From the NCBI RefSeq assembly GCF_009914755.1, contig NC_060937.1: a DNA stretch of 64,000 nt, one strand, 5' to 3'. Positions 14,020 to 30,783 of the stretch are shown here, piece by piece (the stretch's first letter is position 1; each line of letters opens with the position of its first letter). This stretch comes from the human T2T-CHM13v2.0 reference genome, Homo sapiens. The position numbers and the translations under genes were made by a program. The notes beneath the pieces were generated by a model, which did not search any database, was not told the origin of the DNA, and saw nothing but the letters and a program-made list of their open reading frames with translations.

Positions 14020-14535
14020 AGCCCATTTCCTGGGCATAAAAGATCTGGCCTTGGCTGATGTCATCCCAATCCATTTCCTCTCTCTCCTCCTGTCCCACCT
14101 CCCTCACCTCTCTCTGGCTGTTTTTGCTCTTCATCTAAAAGGCCAGGCTTACTCTTACCTTGAGGCATTTGCCAGTGATGTTCCCTCTGCTTTGAATGTT
14201 CTCTTTCCCGAGATATCGGGATAGCTTTCTCCCTCCTTCCTTCACATCTCTGCTCAAATGTTACCTTATCCAAAACATCTTCTCGAACCAGCCTCCACCA
14301 AGAGCAACCAGCCCTCTCACTTTGCACCCCATTCTCTCTCTGCCTCTCTTTTGCTTGATATTTCCATGACAGCCATCACCTTAACTCATATTATATATTT
14401 TCTTGTTTTTATCACCTAGTTTCCCCACTAGAAAGAAAGCTCTATGAAGTCAAGACTTTGTTTTATTTACACTGTATGTATCTCCAATACCTAGACCTGT
14501 GTCTGGTAAATAAAATTCCTTCAAAAACATTTTTG
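14020..14535 (+). mobile_element. L2 3' fragment
   Basis: gttccctctgctttgaatgttct, tctctgctcaaatgttacc, ccactagaaagaaagctctatgaag. Confidence 0.8.
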
Positions 14536-14539
14536 TACG

Positions 14540-14780
14540 ATTTATATATCACTTACTATGTGCCAGCTATTGTTCTCAGTGCTTTACAAATGTTACCTCA
14601 TTTCATCTGTATAAAATTCTAAGACCCAGCTACTATCATTGTCTCGATTTTACAGATAAGAAAACTGAGGGCATAGAGATGTCAAGTAACTTACTCAAGG
14701 TCACCCAGGTGGCATGTGGTGGAGCTACAGTATACACTGAAACAGTTTGGTGCTAGCAGCTGTGCTTTGAGCACTGCACC
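14540..14780 (-). mobile_element. MIR SINE
   Basis: Core attttacagataagaaaactgagggcatagaga...aagtaacttactcaaggtcac. Confidence 0.85.
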
Positions 14781-16991
14781 ATGAGTGGAAGAATAAATAA
14801 AAGGGACCTTAAGTTACTAAATGAGATAGAAGAGGTTGCAGATTTTCTTCTTCTCATCATGCATCATAACGTTCTTGCTTGGTGAAAATTTGTGCTATGC
14901 ATTAGAGATTCAACAGGGCAGAGAAATGTATTAAGTACGTTTTTCTACTGCCTTTTCTACTCTGTTGGCAGAGAAAATCCCTGGCATGTGAGGGTACATT
15001 TCTCCCCACCTTGGATATTATGTTCAGAACTTGGTTATGGGCAGTGGAAGTTAGCCTAGTACCTGCCTGACCAAATAGAGGAAAATACATTTCAGAACAT
15101 GACAGGTCAGGACACACTAACATCCTTCTGGGAATAAGATTTCTTCATTTATATTTACCAGTCTTAACTGGAAGTGCAAATACCTTACCAAGAAAGGAAG
15201 ACACTGTGGTATTTCAACTTCCCTTTATGTTATACACAAATGTCAGCCTTTACAGTCACAGCTTTTCCCAGCACATTCTCCTTCCAGTTTAATTTTTCCT
15301 GTCTTTGTTCTTTAGCAATCTCTTTATCCTCCCTTCCCTGGTCTGTGTTGCACACCATGTACTGTATATTTGGTATAGCATGTCAGAATTCCTCTAATCT
15401 GCCACTTCACTTGGAAAACACTGGGGTGATTACTAATTTATTGCTGTCTTCTGGTAAGTGCTTAATGCAAGCTTAATAAAAATCAGTGGTTGTGTGTGCC
15501 TCTCCTTTGTAGGAATATACTTCTGATAGATGACTAGGTTAGGTCATTGTCAGATGATTTATGGAAAATATTCTAGGATAATCTGCCACCAGCATTTTAT
15601 TGGTGTCACGGAAGATGCTAATGGTCACATAAGTGGAAGCAGAAGCAGAAAAATGTAGGTGCTATACACCCTCTCTTCAAAAGGCTCATTGTGAGCAAAG
15701 AGGTTAATAGTATGGAATGGGGACATCTTGCTTGATCACAGTAACATCCCAAGACAATTAAAGTTAGGATGCTAAGTGCATTTCCAACCATGAGGCCAAT
15801 GTTTATAGGTTCTCAGCCATCAGGCTTTATCTCCTCATTTTGGGTAACAAAGAAGTACTTGTCATTTCTCTCACCATCCACAGGACCCACCCAGAGTGCC
15901 TGACCTCTTGCCCCTTCCCTGTTGGAGAAGGGTCTTCTCCTACAAAAGGAAACCACTTGTGAGGGATGGTTAAAACAAACTGTCTGCACTAGAACTAGAC
16001 CCTTTCAACACAATAATTTCATCTTTCTCTTTTAAGCGCTCCTCACACAGTATGGCATAATGAAATCACAAACTGCCCTGCGTTCATCTTTTTCTGGAAC
16101 CATACAGAACATTTCTGTCCTCTGGCAGACAATCTCTGCAGTCTCTGCTCAATGTCAGGCTGTGCAGGAGGTGGCCTCTCCCAGCCTCAACCCAAGCATC
16201 AGCACAACAACTAGTCATCAGCCAAAGGAAGAATGTGGTTCACTTCATTATAATGTCTAGAAATTTGACATTTCTTCCTAATCATGGCTTTCCAATTTCA
16301 ACTCATCAAAATTTCCATGCAAACTTTTAGGCTTTAAAGCAGTTTTTAAAAGAAGCTGTTTAATTTGTTAATCCTACCATTACAGTCCCTATGGTTTCAT
16401 CTATTTTATGGCAACATTTCTGACTTGTAATATTTGACTTCTTCAAAATATTGGGACATAGCAAGATTTACTACATCATTTATTTCATTATACATAACTT
16501 AATAGACATCTTCAGCCTTTTAAATTAAATTTAGAAAATTCCTTAGCAGAGTAAGCTCCTGTCAGGCAAAATAAGCGCCATTCTCCATAATAAAAGGCGT
16601 ATGTGGGACAGATAACAGGCAGAAACTGTTTCCACCCTTGCTGTTGTACTTCTTCCCATTTCCTTTCTTACTTGTCAGAAGTGGACTGATTCACTTCAGA
16701 GTCTGTTTTTAACTGGGATTTCCTCTGATTGTCCACTCTCTAGAGACACCATAGCCTGCTCAAATGCATTTCTGCTATTGACTTTCCATTGGATCTTTAT
16801 AAGATCCAGTCATCCAGGCAGGCTGCTCTGTGGGCAGCACTTCAGCAATGATGAGGCTGCTGTTCCCAAGAAACAAAGGGAAGGTGGGAAGAGGCTCCCA
16901 CCGAGAAACAAGTTAAGAGAGCTCTTGATTTTGGCAAGCATAGAAAGAAGTAGGTTTATTTGGAAAGAAAATTTTCAAAAAATAAAGAAGT

Positions 16992-17134
16992 ACTGATCTT
17001 TTTACTGTCTCCATAGTTTTCCCTTTTCCAGACTGCCAAATGGGTGGAATCATATAATATGTAGCCTTTTCATATTGGATTCTTTCACTTAGTAATATGC
17101 ACTTAAGTTTCCTTATGTCTTCACATGGCTTGAT
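16992..17134 (-). mobile_element. L1MC 3'UTR fragment
   Basis: ttttactgtctccatagttttcccttttccaga...gtagccttttca. Confidence 0.75.
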
Positions 17135-20160
<3,026 letters not shown>

Positions 20161-20421
20161 AATATTATTAATCCTGTCATATTAGAAAACATTTTATAGT
20201 AATATACATAGCATGCTTCCATTTCATCAAGAGCAAACAACAAAGCAGCCAACCTCTAGATAGGAATCGTTGGGGTAGAATGTCTGTAAAGATGGTTGCC
20301 AGTAAGCCCCTCGCTTCCCTCTTTTTCTGTAATTTGTTACATGGCAATAGACACCTGCGACATATTTGTATGTATATCAATGTTTATAAAACAGATGATT
20401 GTGAATAAAAACATACCTGTC

Positions 20422-20733
<312 letters not shown>

Positions 20734-21454
20734 TCAAGCATGGTTGCTGGGCAGTGGCAGTAGGAGTAAGAGGGAAATGATTAACTTATAATTTATATAT
20801 CTTTATATTGTTTTACTGGTTTCTACAAGTATATATTATTCCATAATTCTTAGGACATCAATTAAAGAAAAATTTTACTAGGAAATGAAGATGTTCTTTT
20901 TTTTGTTGTTAAACACGAGCTTTGAAAAAGTGTCTTCCTCTCATTTCATTTTTATGTCTGTCTTTTGCTGCAGCGCTCCGCAGACCTCAATTTCAGATCG
21001 TTGTGTATAATGCTGGTTTCATAAACACCTTTATAAATCAGTTTTAAAAATAAAGGCCAAAAGCTTATACATTCAAAGTGCCTCTGGATTTGCAACTAAA
21101 ACATCCTTAATCTTCTTTAAATAAGCTATAAAAACTAAGCGAGAGATAGTCATTAAGAAAATTGATTTAAAAAATTCTTACTAACGCAATCTGTAAGATA
21201 GATTAGAAAAGTGCATTAGCTCACATAACATTTTATCAGCCTGTAAAATTTTCCCTAGCTTTCTCTGCTCTTAACAGTGCTATAGCAATGATAAATCTCC
21301 AGGAAATTTATCAGAAGAATAAGAAAATGATCATGTTTTTGCTGTGGGTTGCAGTTTTCATTTGTATTACCTTTCATATTTATTGAATGCTTGATTTCTT
21401 TAAGATATTTCTGAATTTCTCATAGGACCTGAAACTCCTGGCCAAGGCCATTTT

Positions 21455-21870
21455 CATTAATTTGGTTCAACAGATTTATATCCATAGTGTGTACTATGTG
21501 CTAGATACTATGCCAGGTGTTTGAAGAAAGAAAATGGGAAAATTAAAAAGAAAAGAAAAAGCAGAGGAATTATCAATCACTAGATATCAATCTAGTAAGA
21601 AAAGTAAAACATTTTCAAAAACTATATAATGTGCTGATGGTAAAGCCACAAAGACTAGACAGTAGATTCCATTTGAGCTAGTTGTAAGGGTGGTAAGATT
21701 GAGTAGGAGTTTGGCAGGCAAATGAGATAAGGAACTGTATTCCAGATAGACTGGAAGTGTGCAGAATAACAAGGAAGTATAGAAGAGCATAATGTGATTG
21801 AGGAAGAAAATGTAGTTGGTGAGGATGTAGTCTGTAGTTTCTGATGGACAGGGAGTAGAAACGACAAGAA
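21455..21870 (-). mobile_element. L2 fragment
   Basis: ttcaacagattta...tactatgtgctagatactatgccaggtg and downstream purine-rich tract. Confidence 0.55.
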
Positions 21871-21879
21871 CACAGGCTA

Positions 21880-23285
21880 TTTTAAAATTAAATCACAGGT
21901 TCTTTTTCAACAAGAGTGTCATTTCAATAGGGGGAAAATGATATTTTCAAGTGATGCTGGAACTAGATATTCACACGCAAAAGATTAGTCAGATTCCTTC
22001 TCTAGACCACACACAAAAATTAATTCCAAGTGGACTGCAGACCTAAATGTAAATGCTAAAACTACAAGACTCTTAGAAGAAAACAAAGGAATAAATATCT
22101 ATGATCTTGGGTTTAGTTAGGCAAAGCCTTCTTAGAGATGATCTAAAAAATATAAGCAACAAGATAAAAAATAGATAAATTGGAATTTATGAACAGTTAA
22201 AAAATTTGTAATCCAAAGGACACCATCAAGAAAGTTAAAAGACAACTCTAAGAATGGAAGAAAATGTTTGCAAATCATAGTATATCTGATAGGGAATTGT
22301 ATACAAGACTATATAAAGAATTGCTATACTTCAACATTTTAAAAAGACAAATAACTCAATTTTAAAATGGGCTTTAAAAAGTGACCATAAAGGAGGAATT
22401 GAACAGATATTTCTTCCAGGAAGATACACAAGTGACCAATAGGCACACAAAAAGATGCTTGACATCATTAGTCATTAGAAAAATGCCAATCAAAACCACA
22501 ATGAGATAACAATTTCATATCCACTGGGATGGCTATAATAAAAAAGACAAATAATAAAAAGTGTTGGTGAGGATGTCAAGAAATTGGAACATACATACAT
22601 TGCTGGTGGGAATTTAAACTGGTGCAGCCATTTTGGAAATAGTTTGGCTTTCTCTTCAAAATGTTAAACACAGAATTACCACAGGGCCCAGCATTCCTTC
22701 TAACCTGACTGTTAGAAGGAAAACTAACGAAAGAAATGTCTTTCTTGTGGCAAGTATATACCCACAAGAAATAGAAACATGTCCGCACAAAAACCAGTGG
22801 ATGAATGTTCATAGCGGCATTATTCACAGTAGCCAAAAAGTGGGAACAACCCAAATGTCCACAAACTGATGAACAGATCATCTCTATGTAGTATGACCAT
22901 ACAATGGAATATTATTCCAGAATAAAAAAGTAAAGTATGGATCCATGCTGCAACATGAATGAGCCTTGAAAATGTTATGCTGAGAGAGTAGCCAGTTGAA
23001 AAGACCACATACTGTACGATCCTGTTTATACAAAATGTTCAGAATAGGCAAATCCGTAGAGACACAAAGTAGACTCATGGTTTTCAGGGACTAGGAGGTA
23101 AGACTGGGGGGGAAATGGCGATTGATTGCTAATGGGTGAGGGATTTCCTTTTTGTCCTGCTGAAAATGTTCTGATATTTATTACGGTGATAGCTGCAAAA
23201 CTCTGTGAATATACTAAAAATTATTGACTTATACATTTTAAATGGGTGTATTGTAAACCGTATCTCAATAAGCCTGTTTAAAAAA
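21880..23285 (+). mobile_element. L1MB 3' region
   Basis: ORF2 3' end and 3'UTR motifs (gaataggcaaatccgtagagacacaaagtagact, tatctcaataa). Confidence 0.85.
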
Positions 23286-23304
23286 ATCTGTTATAGATCT
23301 TTGT

Positions 23305-23316
23305 CCAAGATGGCCG
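23305..23316 (+). promoter_or_regulatory. YY1 site of the L1 internal promoter
   Basis: ccaagatggccg about 10 nt from the L1 5' end, the canonical position. Confidence 0.8.
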
Positions 23317-23401
23317 AATAGGAACAGCTCCAGTGTGGAGCTCCCAGTGTAATCAATGGAGAAGACGGGTGATTTCTGCATTTCCAACTGAGGTATCTGG
23401 T

Positions 23402-23734
23402 TCATCTCATTGGTACTGGTTGGACAGTGGGTGCAGCCCATGAAGGGTGAGCCAAAGCAGGGCAGGGCATCACCTCACCCAGGAAGTGCAAGGGGTCAGG
23501 GGATTTCCCTTTCCTAGCCAAGAGAAGCCGTGACAGACTGTTCCTGGAAAAATAGGACACTTTTGCCCAAATACTGTGCTTTTTCCATGGTCTTAGCAAC
23601 CAGCAGATCAGGAGATTCTCTCCCATGCCTGGCTTGGCAGGTCCCACGCCCACGGAGCCTTGCTCACTGCTAGCACAGCAGTCTGAGATCAACCTGCAAG
23701 GCTGCAGCTGGGCAAGGGGAGGGGTGTCTGCCAT
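23402..23734 (-). CDS. L1 antisense ORF0 homologue, open for 110 codons (expression unknown)
   Basis: MADTPPLAQLQPCRLISDCCASSEQGSVGVGP parallels the L1HS ORF0 N-terminus (LISDCCAS...SVGVGP); ATG in gcaATGG context. Confidence 0.6.
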   Translation of the reverse strand: MADTPPLAQLQPCRLISDCCASSEQGSVGVGPAKPGMGENLLICWLLRPWKKHSIWAKVSYFSRNSLSRLLLARKGKSPDPLHFLGEVMPCPALAHPSWAAPTVQPVPMR

Positions 23735-24334
23735 TGCTGAGGCTTAAGTAGGTAAACAAAGCTGCCAGGGAAGCTCAAACTGGGTGGAGCCCACCGCAGC
23801 TCAGCAAGGCCTACAACCTCTATGGACTCCACCTCTGTGGGCAGGGCATAGCTGAACAAAAGGCAGTAAAAACTTCTGCAGGCTTAAACGTCCCTGTCTG
23901 ACAGCTCTGAAGAGAGCAGTGGTTCTCCCAGCATGGTGTTTGAGCTCTGAGAATGGACAGACTGCCTCCTCAAGTGGGTCCCTGACCCCCGTGTAGCCAA
24001 ACTGGGAGACACCTCCCAGTAGGGGCCAACAGACACCTCATACAGGCGGGTGCCCCTCTGGGACGAAGCTTCCAGAGGAAGGATAAGCCTGCAATATTTG
24101 CTCTTCTGCAATATTTGCTGTTATGCAGCCTCTGATGGTGATACCCAGGCAAACAGTGTCTGGAGTGGACCTCCAGCAAACTTCAACAGACCTGCAGCTG
24201 AGGGACCTGACTGTTAGAAGGAAAACTAACAAACAGAAAGGAATAGCATCAACATCAACAAAAAGGACATCCATAGCAAAACCCCACCTGTAGGTCACCA
24301 ATATCAAAGACCAAAGGTACATAAAACCACAAAG

Positions 24335-25349
24335 ATGGGGAGAAACCAGAGCAGAAAAGCTGAAAATTCTGAAAACCAGAGTGCATCTTCTCCTCCAAAG
24401 GACTGCAGCTCCTAGCCAGCAATGGATCAAAGCTAGATGGAGAATGACTTTGACGAGTGGACAGAAGTAAGCTTCAGAAGGTTGGTAAGAACAAACTTGT
24501 CCAAGCTAAAGGAACATGTTCTAACCCATCACAAGGAAGCTAAAAACCTTGAAAACAGGTTAGATGAATGGGTAACTAGAATAAACAGTGTAGAGAAGAC
24601 CTTAAATGACCTGATGGAGCTGAAAACCATGGCACGAGAACTTCATGACACATGCACAAACTTCAATAGCCGATTCAATCAAGTGGAAGAAAGGATATCA
24701 GTGATTGAAGATCAAATTAATGAAATAAAGGAAGAACACAAGTTTAGATTAAAAAAAGAGTAGAAAGAAATGAACAAAGCCTCCAAGAAATACGCGACTA
24801 TGTGAAAAGACCAAATCTACATTTGATTGGTGATGGGGAGAATGGATCCAAGTTGGAAAACACTCTTTAGGATATTATCCAGGAGAACTTCCCCAACCTA
24901 GCAAGGCAGGCCAACATTCAAATTCAGGAAATACAGAGAACACCAGAAAGATACTCTTCAAGAAGAGCAACCCCAAGACACATAATTGTCAGATTCACCA
25001 AGGTTGAAATGAAGGAAAAAGTGTTAAAAGCAGCCAGAGAGAAAGGTCGGGTTACCCCCAAAGGGAAGCCCATCAGACTAACAGCAGATCTCTTGGCAGA
25101 AACCCTACAAGCCAGAAGAGAGTGGGGGCCAATATCTACATTCTTAAAGAAAAGAATTTTCAACCCAGAATGTCATATCCAGCCAAACTAAGCTTCATAA
25201 GTGAAGGACAAATAAAATCTTTTACAGACAAGCAAATGCTGAGAGATTTTGTCCCCACCAGGCTTGTCTTACAAGAGCTCCTGAAGGAAGCACTAAACAT
25301 GGAAAGGAACAAGCAGTACCAGCCACTGCAAAAACATGCCAAATGGTAA
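24335..25349 (+). pseudogene. L1 ORF1p, disrupted
   Basis: ATG GGG AGA AAC CAG start; fragments MENDFDE..., MKEKVLKAAREKG, YPAKLSF in different frames with stops. Confidence 0.95.
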
Positions 25350-25412
25350 AGACCATTGATGCTATGAAGAAACTGCAACAATTTACAGGCAAAATAACCA
25401 TCTAACATCATA

Positions 25413-28400
25413 ATGTGAATTGAATTCACAAATAACAATATTAACCTTAAATGTAAATGGACTAACTGCCCCATTTAAAAGACACAGACTGCCAAATTGG
25501 ATAAAGAGTCAAGACCCATTACTGTGCTGTATTCAGGAGACCCATCTCATGTGCAGAGACACACATAGGCTCAAAATAAAGGGATGGAGGAAGATCTATC
25601 AAGCAAATGGAAAGCAAAAAAAAGCAGGTGTTGCAATCCTAGTCTCTGAGAAAGCAGACTTTAAACCAACAAAGATCAGAAGAGACAAAGAAGGCCATTA
25701 CATAATGGTAAAAGATCAATTCAACAAGAAGAGCTAACTATCCTAAATATATATGCACCCAATACAGGAGCACCTGGATTTATAAAGCAAGTCCTTAGAG
25801 ACCTACAAAGAGACTTAGACTCCCACACAATAATAATGGGAGACTTTAACACCCCACTGTCAGTATTAGACAGATCAATGAGACAGAAGGTTAACAAAGA
25901 TATTCAGGACTTGAACACAGCTCTGCACCAAATGGACCTAATAGACATCTACAGAACTCTCCATCCCAAATCAACAGAATATACATTCTTCTCAGCACCA
26001 CATCACACTTATTATAAAATTGACCACGTAGTTGGAAGTAAAGCACTCCTCAGCAAATGTAAAAGAACAGAAATCACAACAAACTGTCTCTCAGACCACA
26101 GTGCAATTAAATTAGAACTCAGGATTAAGAATCTCACTCAAAACTGCACAACCACATGGAAACTGAACAACCTGCTCCTGAATGACTACTGGGTACATAA
26201 TGAAATGAAGGCAGAAATAAAGATGTTCTTTGAAACCAATGAGAACAAAGACAAAACATACCAGATCTCTGGGACACATTTAAAGCAGTGTGTAGAGGGA
26301 AATTTATAGCACTAAATGCCCCAAGAGAAAGCAGAAAAGAACTAAAATCGACATGCTAACAACACAATTAAAAGAGCTAGAGAAGCAAGAGCAAACACAT
26401 TCAAAAGCTAGCAGAAGGCAAGAAATAACTAAGATCAGAGCAGAACTGAAAGAGATAGACACAAAAAACCTTTCAAAAAATCAATAAATCCAGGTTTTTT
26501 GAAAAGATCAACAAAACTGATAAACTGCTAGTAAGACTAATAAAGAAGAACAGAGAGAAGAATCAAATAGACACAATAAAAAAATGATAAAGGGAATATC
26601 ACCACTGATCCCACAGAAATATGAACTACCATCAGAGAATACTATAAACACCTCTACATAAATAAACTAGAACATCTAGAAGAAATGGATAAATTCCTGG
26701 ACACATCCACCCTCCCAAGACTAAACCAGGAAGAAGTGGAATATCTGAGTAGACCAATCATAGGCTCTGAAATTTAGGCAATAATTAATAGCCTACCAAC
26801 CAAAAAATGTCCAGGACCAGATGGATTCACAGCCGAACTCTACCAAGGTACAAAGAGGAGCTGTTACCATTACTTCTGAAACTATTCCAATCAATAGAAA
26901 AAGAGGGAATCCTCCCTAACTCATTTTATGAGGCCAACATCATCCTGATACCACAGCCTGGCAGAGACACAACAATAAAAGAGAATTTTAGACCAATATC
27001 CCTGATGAACATCGATGCGAAAATCCTCAATAAAATACCAGCAAACCGAATCCAGCAACACATCAAAAAGCTTATCCACCACGATCAAGGTGGCTTCATC
27101 CCTGGGATGCAAGGCTGGTTCAACATATGCAAATCAATAAACATAATACATCACATAAACAGATCCAACCGCAAAAACCATATGATTATCTCAATAGATG
27201 CAGAAAAGGCCTTCGACAAAATTCAACTTCCCTTCATGCTAAAAACTCTCAATAAGCTAGGTATTGATGGAACATATCTCAAAATAATAAGAACTATTTA
27301 TGACAAACCCACAGCCAATATCATACTGAATGGGAAAAAACTGGAAGCATTCCCTCTGAAAACCAGCACAAGACAAGGATGCCTTCTTTCACCATTCCTA
27401 TTCAACACAGTGTTAAAAGTTCTGGCCAGGGCAATCAGGAAAGAGAAAGAAATAAAGGGTATTCAATAAGAAAAAGAGGAAGTCAAACTGTGCCTGTTTG
27501 CAGATGACATGATTGTATAATTAGAAAACCCCATCATCTCAGCCCAAAACCTCCTTAAGCTGATACGCAACTTCGGTAAAGTCTCAGGATACAAAATCAA
27601 TGTGCAAAAATCACAAGCATTCATATACATCAATAACAGACAAACAGAGAGCCAAATCATGAGTGAAGTCCCTTTCACAATTGCTACAAAGAGAATAAAA
27701 TACCTAGGAATTCAATTTACAAAGGATGGGAAGGATCTCTTCAAGAACTACAAACCACTGCTCAGCGAAATAAAAGAGGACACAAGCAAATGGAAGAACA
27801 TTCCATGCTCATGGATAGGAAGAATCAATATCATGAAAATGGCCATACTGCCCAAGGTAATTTATAGATTCAATGCCATCCCCATCAAACTACCAATGAC
27901 TTTCTTCACAGAACTGGAAAAAAATTACTTTAAAGTTCATATGGAACCAAAAAAGAGCCTGCATTGCCAAGACAATCCTAAGCCAAAAGAACAAAGCTGG
28001 AGGCATCATGCTACCTGACTTCGAACTTTACTACAAGGCTACAGTAACCAAAACAGCATGGTACTGGTACCAAAACAGAGATATAGACCAATGGAACAGA
28101 ATAGAGCCCTCAGAAATAACACCACACATCTACAACCATCTGATCTTTGACAAACCTGACAAAAACAAGAAATGGGGAAAGGATACCCTATTTAATAAAT
28201 GGTGCTGGGAAAACTGGCCAGCCATATGTAGAAAGCTGAAACTGGATCCCTTCCTTACACTTTATACAAAAATTAATTCAAGATGAATTAAAGTCTTAAA
28301 TGTTAGACCTAAAACCATAAAAACCCTAGAAGAAAACCTAGGCAATACCATTCAGGACATAGGCATGAGCAAGCACTTCATGGCTAAAACACCAAAAGCA

Positions 28401-29223
28401 ATGGCGACAAAAGCCAAAATAGACAAATGGGATCTAATTAAACTGAAGAGCTTCTGCAACAGAAGAAACTACCATCAGAGTGAACAGGCAACCTACAGAA
28501 TGGGAGAAAAGTTTTGCAATCTATCCATCTGACAAAGAGCTAATATCCAGAATCTACAAAGAACTTAAACAAATTTACAAGAAAAAATCAAACAACCCCA
28601 TCAAAAAGTGGGCAAAGGATATGAACAGATACTTCTCAAAAGAAGACATTTATGCAGCCAACAGACACATGAAAAAATGGTCATCATCACTGGTCATCAG
28701 AGAAATGCAAATCAAAACCACAATGAGATACCATCTCACACCAGTTAGAATGGCAATCATTAAAAAGTTAGGAAACAGCAGGTGCTGGAGAGGATGTGGA
28801 GAAATAGGAATGCTTTTACACTGTTGGTGGGAGTGTAAATTACTTCAACCATTGTGGAAGACAGTGTGGCGATTCCTCAATGATCTAGAACTAGAAATAC
28901 CATTTGACCCAGCGATCCCATTACTGGGTATATACCCAAAGGATTATAAATCATGCTACTATAAAGACACAGGCACTCGCATGTTTATTGCAGCACTAGT
29001 CACAATAGCAAAGACTTGGAACCAACCCAAATGTTCATCAAGGATAGACCGGATTAAGAAAATGTGGCACATATACATCATGGAATACTATGCAGCCATA
29101 AAAAAGGATAAGTTCGTGTCCTTTGCAGGGACAGGGATGAACCTGGAAACCATCATTCTAAGCAAACTGTCACAAGGACAGAAAACCAAACACGGCATGT
29201 TCTCACTCATAGGTGGGAATTGA
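25413..29223 (+). pseudogene. L1 ORF2p (endonuclease/reverse transcriptase), disrupted
   Basis: [33 protein letters not shown] (27497-27508, followed by TAA at 27518), C-terminal SLIGGN; many stops and frameshifts. Confidence 0.97.
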
Positions 29224-29509
29224 ACAATGAGAACACTTGGACACAGGGCAGGGAACATCATACACTGGGGCCTGTCGGGGAGTGGCAAGCTGGGGGAGGG
29301 ATAGCATTAGGAGAAATACCTAATGTAAATGATGAGTTGATGTGTGCAGCAAACAAACATGGCACATGTATACCTATGTAACAAACCTGCATGTTGTGCA
29401 CATGTACCCTAGTACTTAAAGTATAATAATAATAACAAAAATAAACAAAAATCTGTAACAAAAAAAAAATCTGTTATACCAAAACAACCAAAAAACAAAA
29501 AACAAAAAC

Positions 29510-30110
29510 CCCAGACTCAGAGCCAGACTACTTAAGTTGAAATTGTGCTCTTTCATTACCCATTATAAAGTTCTGAGCTATTTAACTTCTCTCGCCAGTA
29601 TCTCCATCAAATAAATGAATGATTACTTCCAGCTGAGATCTTCAGGGAAATTTTTACAGAGGTGGAATTTGGGCTGGTCTCAAAGACAGTGCTCTTCAGG
29701 ATTGTGAGATGAAGACCTTAAAAGGGAGGAGAAACGAACTAGTACTTTGAAAACAACTATTGTGCACCAGGGTCTGTGCTAAGCATTCTGCGCACATTAT
29801 TGCCCTCTGCTTTGTAGTTATGAAAAAAGGAATCCTGAAAGTGAAATCATTTAAAGTGACCAAGTAGGGGTTCAATTGCAAGCCCAGGGTCTCCTGTGTC
29901 TGGCCTAAGCAACACCCGTGAAAAGAAAAGCTCAGGCAGCTGGTGGAGGAAGCAAGGTAAGGTTTCTCTGGCAGCGTCCGGGGGCAGTGAGTGGCAATTC
30001 GATTTTTTAGAATCTTTAATGGCCAGACAAATTTTCTGAATTTCATCCTGTGGGTAATGAGGAGCCATGGAAGTGCTCATCAAAAAAAGACATAGCGGTA
30101 GTGGTAGGCA
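29510..30110. mobile_element. Mosaic of MIR and L2 fragments
   Basis: cagagccagactac...tttaacttctct; gtgctaagcatt; ggtaatgaggagccatggaag. Confidence 0.5.
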
Positions 30111-30783
30111 TGTATTTTTACATGTAGAAGTCCAATTCATCTTGTAACTTATTAGGCAGCTCAACTCTAACTTTGAGAAAACTTGCAATGTTACTCAAAA
30201 TAGACATAGTCTGACAAGCTGGCCTTTGGTAAATTTTCCAGCAGAGAAAGTGGTTTGCTTCCACAATTAAAAGATGACTTTAAAAAGTGAATTAAAACTC
30301 TGTGTCTGAAAGTTTGTTACTTTGAGCTGCTGATTGTTACTGAATGACAGACTGATTTTGATGTGAATGTTGATGCTAAGAATAGATACTTGAAGACTTT
30401 CAATCTAATGAAAACTCTGAGAAGATGAACAAAAACTGTAGCCTCACTTTATGCAAGAGCTTAGTGAAAGGGAAAACCATTCAAATGGTGTATATGCGTT
30501 TATTTCATGGTGCCTTCTTTCACAAGTTGAGGAGGCATCATGAATGCCTTGCCTCTGCCTCCTATTTGGAAAGAGCTTCTTTCAAAGCCACCAACAAGCA
30601 TAGTGTCCAGCAAGCATCTGAAGTGCCTAGGAACTGTCAGACCTGGCATGCCGAGGTAGGCACCACATAGTTGACGGAACAGGTAGCAAATGTGTGCTCA
30701 ACCCCATCCCAGGAGGGACCCCAAACTTAAGTTATGCTGCTACATTGGTGCCCTGAAGGGCCAGGGTGCTCTTTCTCTCTAAG

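Larger units (their letters stand above)
23296..29462 (+). mobile_element. Full-length primate LINE-1 (L1PA6-like), inactivated
   Basis: About 6.17 kb; 5'UTR, ORF1, ORF2, 3'UTR, A-rich tail; 16-bp TSD aaaaaaatctgttata (23280-23295, 29463-29478); 3'UTR ggagaaatacctaatgtaaatgatgagttgat fits L1PA6 as recalled. Confidence 0.97.

Noticed and set aside
20930-21350. Possible conserved enhancer or exon (tgcag acceptor, homeodomain-like sites)
   Set aside because: No matching donor, and conservation cannot be judged from one sequence.
24088-24130. Tandem gcaatatttgct duplication in the L1 5'UTR
   Set aside because: As I recall, this is a feature of older L1PA 5'UTR consensus rather than locus-specific.
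24335-29223. Long ORFs with endonuclease and RT motifs as a novel or active system
   Set aside because: Fragments of standard L1 ORF1/ORF2 with many stops and frameshifts, including TAA just after FADD.
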